DNA of 64,000 nt from contig NC_068982.1 in NCBI RefSeq assembly GCF_001194135.2, positions 11,048,099 to 11,112,098 of the forward strand, in the 5' to 3' direction. Source of the stretch: Octopus bimaculoides. Lineage: Eukaryota. Position numbers and translations under genes: made by a program. This document shows positions 35,556 to 48,975 of the stretch, piece by piece. Below the pieces are notes generated by a model. That model was not told the origin of the DNA. It ran no database searches and was given only the letters and a program-made list of their open reading frames with translations. Position 1 is the stretch's first letter. Each line of letters begins with the position of its first letter.

Positions 35556-35963
35556 ACTTAAGAACATTTTTAAATTCAGAAATTTACAATTTTAATACAG
35601 GTTTGATAATAGTCAGTGCTGAACAAGATATTTTGTGGTATTTAGTTGTATCCCTTTCCTTTCTGGAATTGTCTTCGTGGATCACTTTAGGATTCATTCC
35701 CCTTTTATTGACAAAATTTAAGCGGCATTAAAAGGGTTTGATTCAATAGGCTCTCTCTAGTCCTACAATACTTAACGTGAGAAATCTTTATTTTCACTCT
35801 TCTATTTAATTTGTTTCAATGAAGTTCGAAGTAATTAGAAAATATTCTGCAATAATCGTATTAATAGATACAATATATTTCTATGGTGTTTAAGTTTTGA
35901 TGTTTAAAACAAAGCATTTACCAAAAAATAACCATTTTCTTTAGTATTTTAAATCATTTTACA

Positions 35964-36310
35964 TAGGTGGCGTGGCTGTCTAATAAGAAGTTTGCTTCCC
36001 AACCACATTGCTCCAGGTTCATCATGGTACCCTTGGGCAAGCGTAGTGTCTGCTACTACAGATTCGGGCTGACCAAAGTCTGGTGAGTGGATTTGATAGA
36101 AGGAAACTGAAAAAACCTGGAGTATTTGTGTGTGTGTGTGTGTGGTTCCCTGCCATCGTTTGACAACTGGTGTTGGTATGTTAGCGGTTCGGCAAAATTG
36201 AACGATAGAATAAGTATCACGTTTGAAAATAATAACAAGAAGTACTGGAGTTGATTCCCTCGGCGATGCCCCGGCATGGCCGCAGTCTGATAACTCAAAA
36301 AAGCGAAAGA
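35964..36310 (+). mobile_element. SINE family E, full length
   Basis: GTGGCTG head, CCTTGGGCAAG, internal (GT)n, 3' half GCATGGCCGCAGTC. Confidence 0.85.
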
Positions 36311-36329
36311 TAAACGAAATATATAACTA

Positions 36330-36823
36330 NNNNNNNNNNNNNNNNNNNNNNNNNNNNNNNNNNNNNNNNNNNNNNNNNNNNNNNNNNNNNNNNNNNNNNN
36401 NNNNNNNNNNNNNNNNNNNNNNNNNNNNNNNNNNNNNNNNNNNNNNNNNNNNNNNNNNNNNNNNNNNNNNNNNNNNNNNNNNNNNNNNNNNNNNNNNNNN
36501 NNNNNNNNNNNNNNNNNNNNNNNNNNNNNNNNNNNNNNNNNNNNNNNNNNNNNNNNNNNNNNNNNNNNNNNNNNNNNNNNNNNNNNNNNNNNNNNNNNNN
36601 NNNNNNNNNNNNNNNNNNNNNNNNNNNNNNNNNNNNNNNNNNNNNNNNNNNNNNNNNNNNNNNNNNNNNNNNNNNNNNNNNNNNNNNNNNNNNNNNNNNN
36701 NNNNNNNNNNNNNNNNNNNNNNNNNNNNNNNNNNNNNNNNNNNNNNNNNNNNNNNNNNNNNNNNNNNNNNNNNNNNNNNNNNNNNNNNNNNNNNNNNNNN
36801 NNNNNNNNNNNNNNNNNNNNNNN
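36330..36823. other. Assembly gap (N run)
   Basis: Continuous N run. Confidence 0.99.
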
Positions 36824-36892
<69 letters not shown>

Positions 36893-36930
36893 CGTGCGTG
36901 TGTATGTATGTATGTATGTATGTATGTATG

Positions 36931-38404
36931 TATTTGGAGTCATATCCTCGAACACAGAAAGACCTTTTTCGATACATGCAAATGCTTGCTGCATTTTCTT
37001 AACGGCAAAGTGACGAGGCTCAGGTTCGATTTCCTCCTCTTCTTTATTTTGCTGTTTGTGAAGCTCTATCAAATCCTCCTTCGTCTGGAGCTGCTTGTCT
37101 TTTTCAAATAAGTCCGTGAAATCCTCCTCCTCCAAATCCATTTCCAATTCTTTGCTCGTAGTCACCAGCGTTTTCTTGATGGCAACATTATCAAACCCCT
37201 TAAAACCATTCACCAATTGCGGGCATAGCTTCTTCCATACACCATTCATAGCCGTGCTCTGTACATCATTCCATGCCACTGCTATGTTCTGTACAGCCTT
37301 GTAGATATCGTATCTCTTCCAAAAGTCACGAAGTGTGATGGACTCATCAAGATCAGTTGCAGCTATTGCTTATCCCAGCGTACGCTTCATATAGTAACGC
37401 TTGAAGATAGCAATTATTCCCTGATCCATTGGCTGCAGGAGAGACGTAGTGTTGAGAGAGAAGTAATTGACAGTAACGTTGGAGTCAAAATCTACGATGT
37501 TTTGCGGGTGGCCAGGAGCCTTATCTAAGATAAAACCCTTCTCCTTACAGTACTTCTCTGCTGCTGGAATAAAATGATTGAAGAACCAATCTTCAAAAAC
37601 AACAGCAGTAACCCATGCTTTTGAATTAGCCATCCATATAGCATGGAGTGATGCCTTGGGTATGTTCTTCCGGGCACGGGGAGTTGTGTGCATGATACAC
37701 AAGCAATGGCTTTAACTTAAAATCTCTTGCACAATTACCTTCCAACAAAATGGTCACACGTTCTTTTGGGACCTTGTAGCCTGGAATAGTTTTCTCCTCC
37801 TTGGAAATGAATGAACGATCTGGCAATTTTTTCCAATATAATCCAGTTTCGTCCAAGTTAAAAATCTGTTCGGAAAGAAACCCGTTTTCTTCGATGATTT
37901 TCTTTAATGCATTAGGAAATTCCGCTGCTGCTTGTTCGTCAGCTGATGTACTTTCACTTTGCTTCTTAATGAAGTGATAACTTCTTCGCTCCTTAAATCT
38001 GAACAACCCTTGACTTGCCTTGAACTCTACATTTTTCTCATCTGGATATTGTTTTCTTCAGGTCCTCAAATAAAGACAGCACTTTCTCTTGAATGATTTC
38101 TTAACTAATAATAGCATGCTGACGATTCAACCTAACAATCGAAAGAGAAAGAAGACGTTTCATTTCTTCAAAGATTTTTCCTCTTTTCTTATTGATAACA
38201 GTGTTCATCCCTGGGGCTCCAGATTTGATATGTGCTAAAATCTTGTCCTTATTATGTACAATCGTCGATAAAGTTGTCCGACTCATCCCAAAAGATCGTG
38301 CAATTGCTACCACTTTTTCACCTTTTTCGTGGCGTTTTATCAAAGTCAGTTTATCTTCCAGGGTGACGCTTAGCATTTTCGCTATGAATTCTCTTAGGAT
38401 CCAT
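36931..38404 (-). pseudogene. Tigger/pogo-family transposase pseudogene (CENP-B-type HTH plus DDE_1, DD32D)
   Basis: Start MDPKR at 38404; HTH TLEDKLTLIKRHEKGEKVVAIARSFGMSRTTLSTI; catalytic FNLDETGLYWK, ILDKAPGHP, LLQPMDQGII (32 residues between D2 and D3); C-terminal AWNDV..AMNGVWKKL; at least 3 frameshifts or stops. Confidence 0.92.
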
Positions 38405-38850
38405 GGAGGCAAAAAATAAAGTCATAAATGAATGAAAATAAGAAAGTAGCCGATAAACAGACGTAAACAAATCTGAATTCAAAACAATCGCGGGAATCAC
38501 GAGTGACAACGACGCCTAACGGTAGATATTGGAACTACAGTGCAATATGAACTCTGAAAGACGATAAGACAACACGGCTGATTTCATGATTTCGTTTACT
38601 AAGCTACACAACTTTATGGTGTGTATCTTAACATTTACTGTACATATTTTAATATGATTTTACATGCTTTTATTCTCATTTATTGTACAGTAACATGATT
38701 TTATGTGCTTTCAACGGTTTTCTAGTGATTTAACGATTCCAATATTTGTGGCGGACAGACGTAAATTCGAGTAAAATGACTCAACTTGATTTTTATTTTT
38801 CCATATATTATTTTTGAAAACCGACATATAATCGAGAACGACTTAAGCCG

Positions 38851-38854
<4 letters not shown>
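36931..38854 (-). mobile_element. Tigger-like DNA transposon, near full length
   Basis: Transposase as above plus probable 5' TIR remnant ACCTCGGCTTAAGTCG (38839-38854); both extremes are lost in microsatellites. Confidence 0.8.
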
Positions 38855-38902
<48 letters not shown>

Positions 38903-38989
38903 TTTGATGAAAGTATATATATTTTTTTTATGTGAGTTTGTCTTTGTCTGTGTGTGTGTGTGTGTGTGTGTGTGCGTGCGTGTGCGTCC

Positions 38990-39180
38990 TTCTTCACCGC
39001 TTGACAACCGGTGCTAGTGTGTTTATGTCCCTGTAACTAAACGGTTCGGCAAGAAGACTGATAAAATAAGTACCAGGCTTTGAAAAAAGTTTAAGTACTG
39101 GGATTGATTTGTTCGACAAAGAATTCTTCAAGGCAGTACACCAGCATGGCCGCAGTCTAATGACTGAAATAATTAAAAGA
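38990..39180 (+). mobile_element. SINE family E, 3' half
   Basis: CGCTTGACAACCGGTGC...CAGCATGGCCGCAGTCTAATGACTGAAA. Confidence 0.85.
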
Positions 39181-40614
39181 CAGACAAAACATATACACCT
39201 TATTAAAACTAGTATAATATAAACCTCAGAACTATATTAAATAATGTTAATGCGCTCTCTTAAGTAGTCATGGTCACCAGAATGAGGTGAGATCATGGAA
39301 TTTGTAGAAATTATATTCAATGTGTCTGCAGCTTGATTCAAGACGGTTATATTGGTGCGTTTCAATTGGATGATACTTAAAAGGGCTATAAGTGATTCTG
39401 ATATCTGTTCACACTGATATATCTATAAGATTCAGAGAAAATCTTGCGTCATTAGAAACTTATTACTCTCTTGTAAGTAAAAGCATAAAGAATAGTTTAC
39501 TTCAGGCCTTTGAATGTCTTCCAAATAATGAAATATCGGACAGTTAAGAATGTGTTTCGACTATTTTGAAGTTAATACTTGATTGGAACTTGCGGCCATA
39601 TCACTCACTGTCTATCTCTCTATATTTCTCTGAATCTATCTGTCTAGGTTTCTGAGGTTTCTGTCTCTATCTGTGTAGCTCTCTCTATCTATTTTACTTT
39701 TTATCTTTATCTACCATGCACACATACTCACTCACACATACCTATATGATTTCTGCATGTACATTTTCCATTCATTGGTGTTAGCGTAACTTCAACAATG
39801 TATCGACACGCATACATGCATGCAGGTACACACACATACATTTATACATGCATACAAATATACATATGCACGTATGTACATAGGTGCCTTCATACAAACA
39901 TACATGGAAAGAGAAAGACTGACAGACCTACCAACCTACATACATACATGCGTACGTACATACAGACATACATACGTGTATATCCACACACCCACTCATA
40001 CATAATGTAATCACAAAATCACGTTGTTGAAACTTCCCAGAGCAATACATATTTCTATTTCAAAGGTAGAATTTCTGTAGATAATTCAATGAGAAGCAAC
40101 ATAAATTATGTATAGATTCTTGACAAATATGAACTAACAAGAATTTCTTTGAAGTTTCGGGATAAATTTTGTTTTCTTGCAAGGGATAATTTGATAATTT
40201 CCTCTACTTGTTTATGTTTAAGACGTCTAAGTGCGATTCTTGAAATATTTAATTGCAACAGCTAAAAATAATTTTCGCTGATTTTAGTGGTAATCAATAA
40301 AAAAAAATGTGTGAATATATTGATTCTCTATATAATTTATCACAAAAAAGCCCAGTAATAAAAGGGTTTTTTTTTCTTTTTTAAAGATATTTCAAAGAAA
40401 TGTAGAAAAAGGTAGACGTTATGTATGAAGGCTTGAATATCGGATTAAACTCATTAAAAGATTCTACATAATCATATATTTTCAGAATAATTTAGCAACG
40501 AGCCTTTTGCGAAATTTAGTGGATTACGTAACCGAAATATTTTTAATCAAATTTCAAGAGTCTTAAACGTTAATAACTTTCCGAGAAACACTGTAGTAAT
40601 ACAATTTATGATAC

Positions 40615-40830
40615 TGTAAAAGGGTGGAGATTGTAAGAAGCGGTAGAATACCGGACTAAATGTTTTGCGTTCTTTAGTTAACGTCTCTTTACGTTCTCAG
40701 TTCAAAGCATGCCTGGATTGATTTTTACCTTTCATCCCTGCGGAGTCGATAAAATAATTATCAGTAATCGATTTAATTGGCTATACCTTTTAACTTAAAA
40801 TTTGTGGCCATGTGCCAGCCTAAGTTAAAA
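40615..40830 (+). mobile_element. SINE family A, decayed
   Basis: TTTACGTTCTCAGTTCAAA...CTTTCATCC...GTCGATAAAATAA. Confidence 0.65.
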
Positions 40831-41380
40831 ATCAATATTTCAAAACATACATTGACAATAGGCTCTTTTGCCAGAATCTCTAATAATTAGCTGTATGTTT
40901 ACTGTACTTGGACTGAAATAAGTATATTAGCGATAATCCTCTATAATCATCTTTACAGCCAATAATGGCAGTTATCATTAGAAAATGTTAAGAGATTTTG
41001 ATTTCCATATCTGCTTCGAATGTAAATTATACACAAGGCTTCTTTATCAATTTCTTTCTTTCCTCAGAGTGACATTTTATTTTATATCGGAATCAGTGAA
41101 GAATAGCGTCGACATTGACTACAGGTTCAAGTGGTTTGTTCCATTTCGATGGTGAGAGTGACGAGAAATTGTCAAAGCCGGGAGAACAAATATCACAAAG
41201 TGCATTCGAATTTTAAAATGTTGGACTACCATGTAGAAAATCTTGTTAAAAAGTATCCATCATTATTCTGGATGTTATGAGGCAACAAAGTCGGGGGCAT
41301 ATACATCTGTAGTAATGCCCTTTTATTTATACGATTTTTCATTTCATGTTTATTTCATTCTCTCGCCTCTCTCTCTCTCT

Positions 41381-41411
<31 letters not shown>

Positions 41412-41790
41412 TCACACACACACACACACACATACACCCACACACACTGCAAAGCTTACAGATGGGTTGCTGCTGAATTGTAATCTCTGTTGTTTTGAGG
41501 GGAAGGTTAAATTTGAGAAATTGCTTTTCCCACTGTTGTTGGACTACCATGACGTTTGTTTAAAAGAGAGAGATAATGACTGTGATAAAATAATGAAAGC
41601 AATATTTACTAAGCAAGTGAGCACTATTATACAAAGAAATAATTAGACGTAAAATATAAAAATTATTACAACTGGGAATCAAATGTGAAAATATCAATCA
41701 AGGGACTAGAAGAAAACCGCCTGGAGGGCGCTCTTTCTGCTAGTATGTATGTATGTGTGTGCGTGCGTGCGTGTGTGTGTATGCGTGTAT

Positions 41791-41863
<73 letters not shown>

Positions 41864-41864
41864 A

Positions 41865-42021
41865 CTGGTGTTGGTTTATGTACGCTCCCGTAACTTAACG
41901 ATTCCACAAAAGGGACACGTAGACTTAAAAAATAAGTACTAGGATCGATTTATTCGATTAAATCTCTGAAAGCGGTGCCCCAGCATGGCCACATTCCAGA
42001 GACAGAAACAAGTAAAAGATG
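41865..42021 (+). mobile_element. SINE family E, 3' half after (GT)n
   Basis: GACTGGTGTTGG...CCCGTAACTTA...CCAGCATGGCC...GAAACAAGTAAAAGA. Confidence 0.8.
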
Positions 42022-42886
42022 AAACATTAATTGCAAACTAAAGGACTATACTTCTTATCGAAGTAGATATAAACTGATTTGCGTGCGTCTGAAAGTTATC
42101 TTAATCAAGTCGTGATACCTATTAATCACTGTTGTTTTTAGAATGTTAATATTTCAATGTGGCATATGTATTCCTGAAAAACGACTATTTTCATGTTCGT
42201 TAGCATTGCAAATTCTCTCTCAGAACGATATATACTTGCAAAGTAAAACAATAAGCAAGTTGACTAAAACGTATTATCTCGAGAAACATATATTTAGAAA
42301 CTTCAAAAGTTCTTATTTATTGCCTTCTATCTCGATGTATTTATACGAATAACATTTATAAATCTATGCTAATACGATAATGCTCAATCTCAACAATATT
42401 ACATTCAATCATTATTCAAACCTATTGATTTAGCGGTAATAACTTTCTCAACGAAGCCACTACATTAAACAATATAACTATATTTATCTTGTGTATCTAC
42501 TTTAGGAAATATTGTTTGATTGTTTCCCATCAAAATATTCATTAATATACAGTTGATAATTAGCCAACACAGAGCGGCATTCTATCTTCTCTATCTCGAT
42601 TTATTCCGGTTAACAACAGCTGCAATATATTTCATGTTCATAAATTTGTGATATTCATTTCCATACATCGTTTTTCTCATGTGTAAATATATGTGTTGTG
42701 TGTTATATGTATACTACAGATATGTGTGTGTGTATGTGCGTATGTGTGTGTGTGCATACGTATATAAACCTCTTTATACGTATATGCATATTAATACAAA
42801 CTACAGATATTCTTTTATCATTACAAAACTTTCTTGGCATAAATGCAATCGTCAAGTCATGCAACAACCATATTTGAAAACAACAT

Positions 42887-42937
<51 letters not shown>

Positions 42938-43167
42938 CACACACAAAGTATGGGGGTTTAGTTCGCAGGTGATCTAACCGATTAGGTACGCTAAGTAAGT
43001 GCTGTAACGGATTACTGGGGCTCCAAAGTTATAGCCGAAACAGTAGTTATGGAGCCATTGGAGATTTCCGATGCAGCGGATATATAATTGTTAAACAGGA
43101 CGTCAAACATTAAGACAATACAAACATCTCAAGTCATATACAATATTAATATAGGAAGAAATTCAAA

Positions 43168-43223
43168 ATCTTACAGCTGTTTCTGGGATATCCCCGAGTA
43201 TGGAACATTCCGTCATCAGAGAC
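43168..43223 (-). ncRNA. Minimal type I hammerhead ribozyme (Penelope-type)
   Basis: Minus strand: GTCT-CTGATGA-CGGAATGTTCC(ATACTCG)GGGATATCCCA-GAA-ACAGCTGT-A-AGAT. Intact core, palindromic stem III, GUA cleavage triplet. Confidence 0.75.
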
Positions 43224-45324
43224 AAATAAGGGGGGAAATATGGAAAATGAGAATGGTATATATTAACAATATGACAACATAGATGAAAGGAGTAAAAGAA
43301 TAAAGAGACGGAAAGAGAGAAGAAAAAAGCCCATAAAAGTTCATAGTTCAATTTTTCGAAGTAATAGAAACCATATATATANNNNNNNNNNNNNNNNNNN
43401 NNNNNNNNNNNNNNNNNNNNNNNNNNNNNNNNNNNNNNNNNNNNNNNNNNNNNATATATATATATATAATATAGAATGGGACCAGAACACAAAACATCCA
43501 GACAGTTAGGTGATACAAGAAAGGGACAAAACATCCACATAGACGATACAAAGAAAACACGGGCAGGTCATTCGGAGTTTTCTCTGTTCAGTCGAGATCC
43601 AGATTATCCTTGCAATTTCGGCTGGTTATTCTCGATATTGCTCCAATCTGGCCAGTCCCAAGGAAAAACTAAGCTAAGAGCATTAGATTCCTTGGAAGAA
43701 AGCAGCGAATGTATGCAAAAACAAGGACAGAAAAACGAACGTTACACAAATACAGTAGGAATAATAACGGGACAAAATAACAGATGTCTTGTGCGTATAC
43801 ATACATGATATGCATGATATATATCATGAATACATAAATATAATTACATAGATATATGCACATATATAGTTTTAATTGTTTGTACTTTTTATTTTATATT
43901 TCGATACATGTCGGGTTTAAGAGCTCTTCTTCAAGAAATCTTCGGAGGTTTGGTTTTGTGTGCTCTGCAGTCTGTATATGTGTGCGCGTATACACGTAGG
44001 ATTGCTACGAATGCGCATGGTAACATTTCCATAATAGCGAACCAGATGCTTGTAGTCCTGTTCCTCCTTCTTAAAATATGGTTTCGTCTTAACAATGATG
44101 GCTTCCCATTGTTTCGTTTCATGGCGTCAAGACTAACCTGGATATCTTGGATGTGACATTTCTGCAGATGTTTTTTTCTGCGGACGAAGCATCAGCATTC
44201 ATATGTTCATTAACCCGGATGTGCACTTATATGACGGTGCTTCCAATGTAGCCAGTACCGAGACGCCATATCGAGGAAAGCGGATGACGCTAAATAATAT
44301 CTGAATGCATTCAACAAACAGTGTCCAAGTGCACTCAACAAAATGTCCGAATGCATTCACTGTAGACTCGGAATAGCACTTGTATGGGTCGCAGGTCCGA
44401 ATTCAAGGTTCAGGGAAATACTAATCCGGACGTAGTTGCTATCCAGCTGGTTACCAGTCAATATTGATGCTATAGCGTTCAACTATACGCCACTGTGGAT
44501 CTGGGAGGCAAAGTTGCAAAACACCTATTAACGCTGGTCGAGCAAATCTATGGGCCTATCCGAAATTTTACTGAACCAGATAGCACATTTATGTTGAACT
44601 GATGGATCATCTTCAGAATGAAAGTCTGGATGTGGGAAGGCCTTGTAGTTTGCTCCGTATTGTTCAAATTTGAGGTGTTATAGAGAATCTAGTTGGCGGA
44701 GAACAGAAAAAAACTCTCGTGACAAATGAACTTGTAGCGCTAATTCAACAGGAGCCCTAAAACCTAGGACACTATATCCAAACAAAGGTGGTCACTTGTT
44801 CTCATCAGGCGCTGTCAAACAGAATATTATCTATTTTCTTTACACTACGGATAGAAATGCTTGGGTTCGGTGAGGTATTACCTCTGATTGTAGTAAGGGA
44901 CTCTAGGAATGTACACGAGAGCTTCAACATGGTAAATCACTCATTCAAGAAGAAAAAAATAACCTAGCAGAGCTTGGATTCGACCCGTCAGCAGACAGAA
45001 TGATCGGTCTACCAAGCATACGAACTCCTTGAGGATGAGGAAGAGGAGTAACTTGCACGAAAGCATTTATAAGATAACGAAAAATATACGTTATATTTAT
45101 ACGCTAACTATATTTATATGCTAACTATATCTAAGTGCGTTTCTCTTCTGTGAAAAGAATCTAAATATGCAAACTGCTGCAGCTGCGCAGATGGTATGTG
45201 ACAAGAAGCTGCAGATGATAGATAGTCAGCAGAGCTAATTAACACAAAACCCTCCCATTAAACATCCATAATTAATAACATTCACCATCGTTAATACAAT
45301 CAAATACACAGATATTTCTAAATT

Positions 45325-45740
45325 ATGAGGCCGGGCGAAATGCTTAGCAGTATTTCGTCTGTCTTTACGTTCTGAGTTCAAATTCCGCCGAGGTCGACTT
45401 TGCAGTTCATCCTTTCGGGGTCCAAAAAATTAAGTACCAGTTGCGTACAGGGATAGATCTAATCGACTAGCCCCACGTCTCCAAAAAATTTGGGTCTTGT
45501 ACCTAGAGTAGAAAAGAAAAGAATATTTTCTTGTTTTAAAACACACGCCGGCTAAACTGCATAGTGACATTTCATCCGTCATTGCGTTCGTCCGTTTTTA
45601 CCTTCCATCGAAGTCGACTTTGCTTTCATTCTTCCGGGGTAAATAACACAAGTACCAGTTAAGCGTTGGATCCGAAGTAATCAATTTGTTCCCCACCCTC
45701 GAAATTCCTGACCTTGTGCCAAAATTTGCAACCAATATTT
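45325..45740 (+). mobile_element. Two tandem SINE family A copies (45325-45520, 45540-45740)
   Basis: Two bodies, with tails CCTAGAGTAGAAAAGAA and AAATTTGCAACCAA. Confidence 0.8.
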
Positions 45741-47627
45741 TCTTATTCTTAACCCTATTTAATTTTATATTTCTAGCAACATAAGAACTCGTTTATACAT
45801 GTGTTTTATTTTCTAATCCATTACTAAATATAGACTTGAACATTTCACTATAAGTCTTTCTCTTGATGTTTTTTATTGTTTTGTCTTGTTCGTTTTCGTT
45901 TTACTTCCTTGCATTTTACATCCCGTGGATTTTTAAATCTTCCCCATCTTGAACCATAAATGCCACGCATTATCATAACAACTTGCTCATTCATATTAAT
46001 TTTTATGCGACCGTTTCTGTATCAGATGCTTCGTGAATGAACTTAGCAAATTAGATTCATCATTGAATGTAAGGTTCCCGGGCTAATTACGAATAATGCA
46101 ATTTACTCTAATTGTAAACTTTCTGACTGCAGGCGGAATATGTCGTACACCCGGTCCATATTGTAATATGATATTTTCAGAAATTACTCTTCATCCTAAT
46201 TTTAACTTATTTTATTCTATTTTATTTACTTTAGTTTTATTTTATTTTATTAATGCGATCGATTAAAACACAGGGTGAGAATTTGAGCATCTTCTTCAGT
46301 AGTCAACTCTCGATGATTAAGTTCGAATTGTCTGGACTTTAAATCTTAAATTCCTCTACTAATATGCGACGCATATTCCTGAAGAAACACTGCACCAGTT
46401 TTAAATCCGCAGGTTTTATAACTTATTAAGCAAGATTATTGAACAAAACGTCCCTAGGCTAACTTACTTAATAAAACGCGGCCTAAATGCTGATCTAGAT
46501 AATTCTGTACAACTCAAAAATGTGCAATCGAATTAATTTCGAAAATTCATATTTTCATATGAGGAGGAGGAGGAGGAGAATGGATAGAAGTTGAGGTGTT
46601 TATAATAAATAGAAAGAAAAGTGGAAAAAAGAACGTGAAGAAAGAAAGAAAACTGAAACGTACGAAAAGGTGTCCTTCACAGTAAGCCAATTCATGAAAG
46701 CGGTTTGCCGTCGGGATGCTGGGCTTTCTAGAATTTGTTTTTTCTCAGTTAGACAGAGAAATCTATACTTCTTGGTTCTATTCATATATCCCTTTGCTCT
46801 TTCGAGTACTTTCCAATTGATGTTATATTAGACCTTTCTGTCCATCAAAGATATGTATATATGCCCTGCCAACGTCGTGGTTCTTATTTTGCTTGATTGA
46901 AAGATAACAAAGTGCTATAGAACCTTGTATTTATATTGGCCCCACCCCATGCTGATATAACGTTTTTTCACTGGCCATATAACCTCATTTACGCGGACGT
47001 AGTGGATACTTACATGAAACATAACCTGACTATTTTGTGGTTATTTTCGGCTAATAAAATCATTCCATCATGACATAAATCGCTTTTACAAACGGCTTTC
47101 TGTATGCTTGCTTCTCACAATGAATCATTTGGTTTTTCGTTTACAATCAGAAGTCCACGTCGTTCAGAATCACGCTTTCCGATATATATACACACTTGTA
47201 TATAATGACAAAATACATAAATCACATTATATTGTTGCTTGAAATATTGCCGATTTCATATTAAATTTTCTCATGGGCAATTTTGGAGAAAAACGATCAT
47301 GTCTCGAACAAATATGAACTGTTGTAATCTATTAAGTTAAACATACATCATAAACTAATAATTTGTATATTTTCTCAGTAACATTGTCATAGCCTATGTG
47401 TATTCATTCTTGTTACGTTTTTTTCTTTTATGTAATTGTTATTATATGCTCTGCTATGTATTTGAATTTCTTGCACACACCGTCTTTATCAACATATTCT
47501 TCGTAATGGTATTAAAACAGTTTGGATATGGATGTCATTCGCATTGCTGCTTATCTCTATCTCGGGAATCATCTTCTTGTAGTTAAATCATTGGTGACTA
47601 CAACTTCATATTACTTTTGAAAATATA

Positions 47628-48090
47628 AGGTGGTGAGCTGGCAGAATCGTTAAGCAGGCTGGGCAAAATGCTTAGCGGCATTTCGTCTGTCTTTACGTTC
47701 TGAACTCAAATTCCTCCGAGATCAACTTTGCCTTTAATCCTTTCAGGGTCTATAAAATTAGTACCAATTAAACACTGGGGTCGATGAAATCAACTTACCC
47801 CTCTCCCAAAATTGCTGGCATTGTGCCAAACTTTGAAACCAATGTTATTTTTCAAAAGATAAGGCAGCTAGCTGGTAGAATCGTTAGCACGGTGGGCAAA
47901 AGGCTTAGCGGCATTTCGTCCGTTTTTACGTTCTGAGTTCAAATTTTGCCGGAGTCGACATTGCCTTTCATCCATTCGATCCATTCGGGATCGATAAAAT
48001 AAGTACCAGTTGAGCAGTGGGTGTCGATTTAATCAACTTAGCTCCTCCCCCAAAACTGCTGGCCTTGTGCCGAAATTCGAAACCAACATT
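47628..48090 (+). mobile_element. Two tandem full-length SINE family A copies (47628-47845, 47860-48090)
   Basis: Each has a TAAGG..GCTGG.AGAATCGTTA head and a ..GAAACCAA tail. Confidence 0.9.
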
Positions 48091-48943
48091 ACTTTTAAAT
48101 AGTCATTTTCAATGTGGAATATATATTTTTGACAAGTGATTATTTCTGTTTACCTCGTCATCGCGACTTTTCTTCCAGATGGATATATACACTTATGAAA
48201 AAAAGCAATATGAAACACGTTATTAACTCAAGAATGTTATGTATTTAAGAACATTTCATAAGTTCATATTTATTGTCTTCTCTCATGACGTATTATTTAA
48301 ATACTGCTTTGTCTCAGCTAATATAATGTTGAATCCTAACAATATCACAGGCAATCATTATTCAAACGTATTGCTTTATAAGTTATAACTTTCATTAGCA
48401 AACTATCATATTCAACTATATAACTTTACTTATCTCATTTATCCATTTTATTAAATATTAATTGTTTATTTTATGTCATTTAAATATTCATTGATATACA
48501 TATGACAATTATTTATACAGAGCTACATCACAGCTCGATTTTCTTCCGCTTAACAACAGCTGCAGCATACTTTATATTCATAAATTTTTGCTATAGTCAT
48601 TTCCATACATCAATTGTCTTGAAGGTTATTCCAATGTTACTGTATTTTTATCCATAAATTAAGCATAATAATATTTTTTTCTTAAATAATAAATGATTGT
48701 TTCGTGATTACATCTTTAGTTCTTCATCTTAAACTTGCGCTGCCTTTATCTTCACATTGTGTATCTAGATGTGCGCACGCATACATACACATCTATCCAC
48801 TCACACACACACACACACACACACAAGTCTATGCTTTGTTGTGTGTATATTAGTATGCGTGTGTGTGTATGTGTGTATGTATATACGCGTACGTATGTAT
48901 ATATATGCGCGTGTATATATGCATGTATATACATATGTGTGTG

Positions 48944-48975
<32 letters not shown>

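Noticed and set aside
43015-43050. GGCT..AGCC-GAAAC-AGTA-GTT resembling a hammerhead 3' half
   Set aside because: The CUGANGA core is missing.
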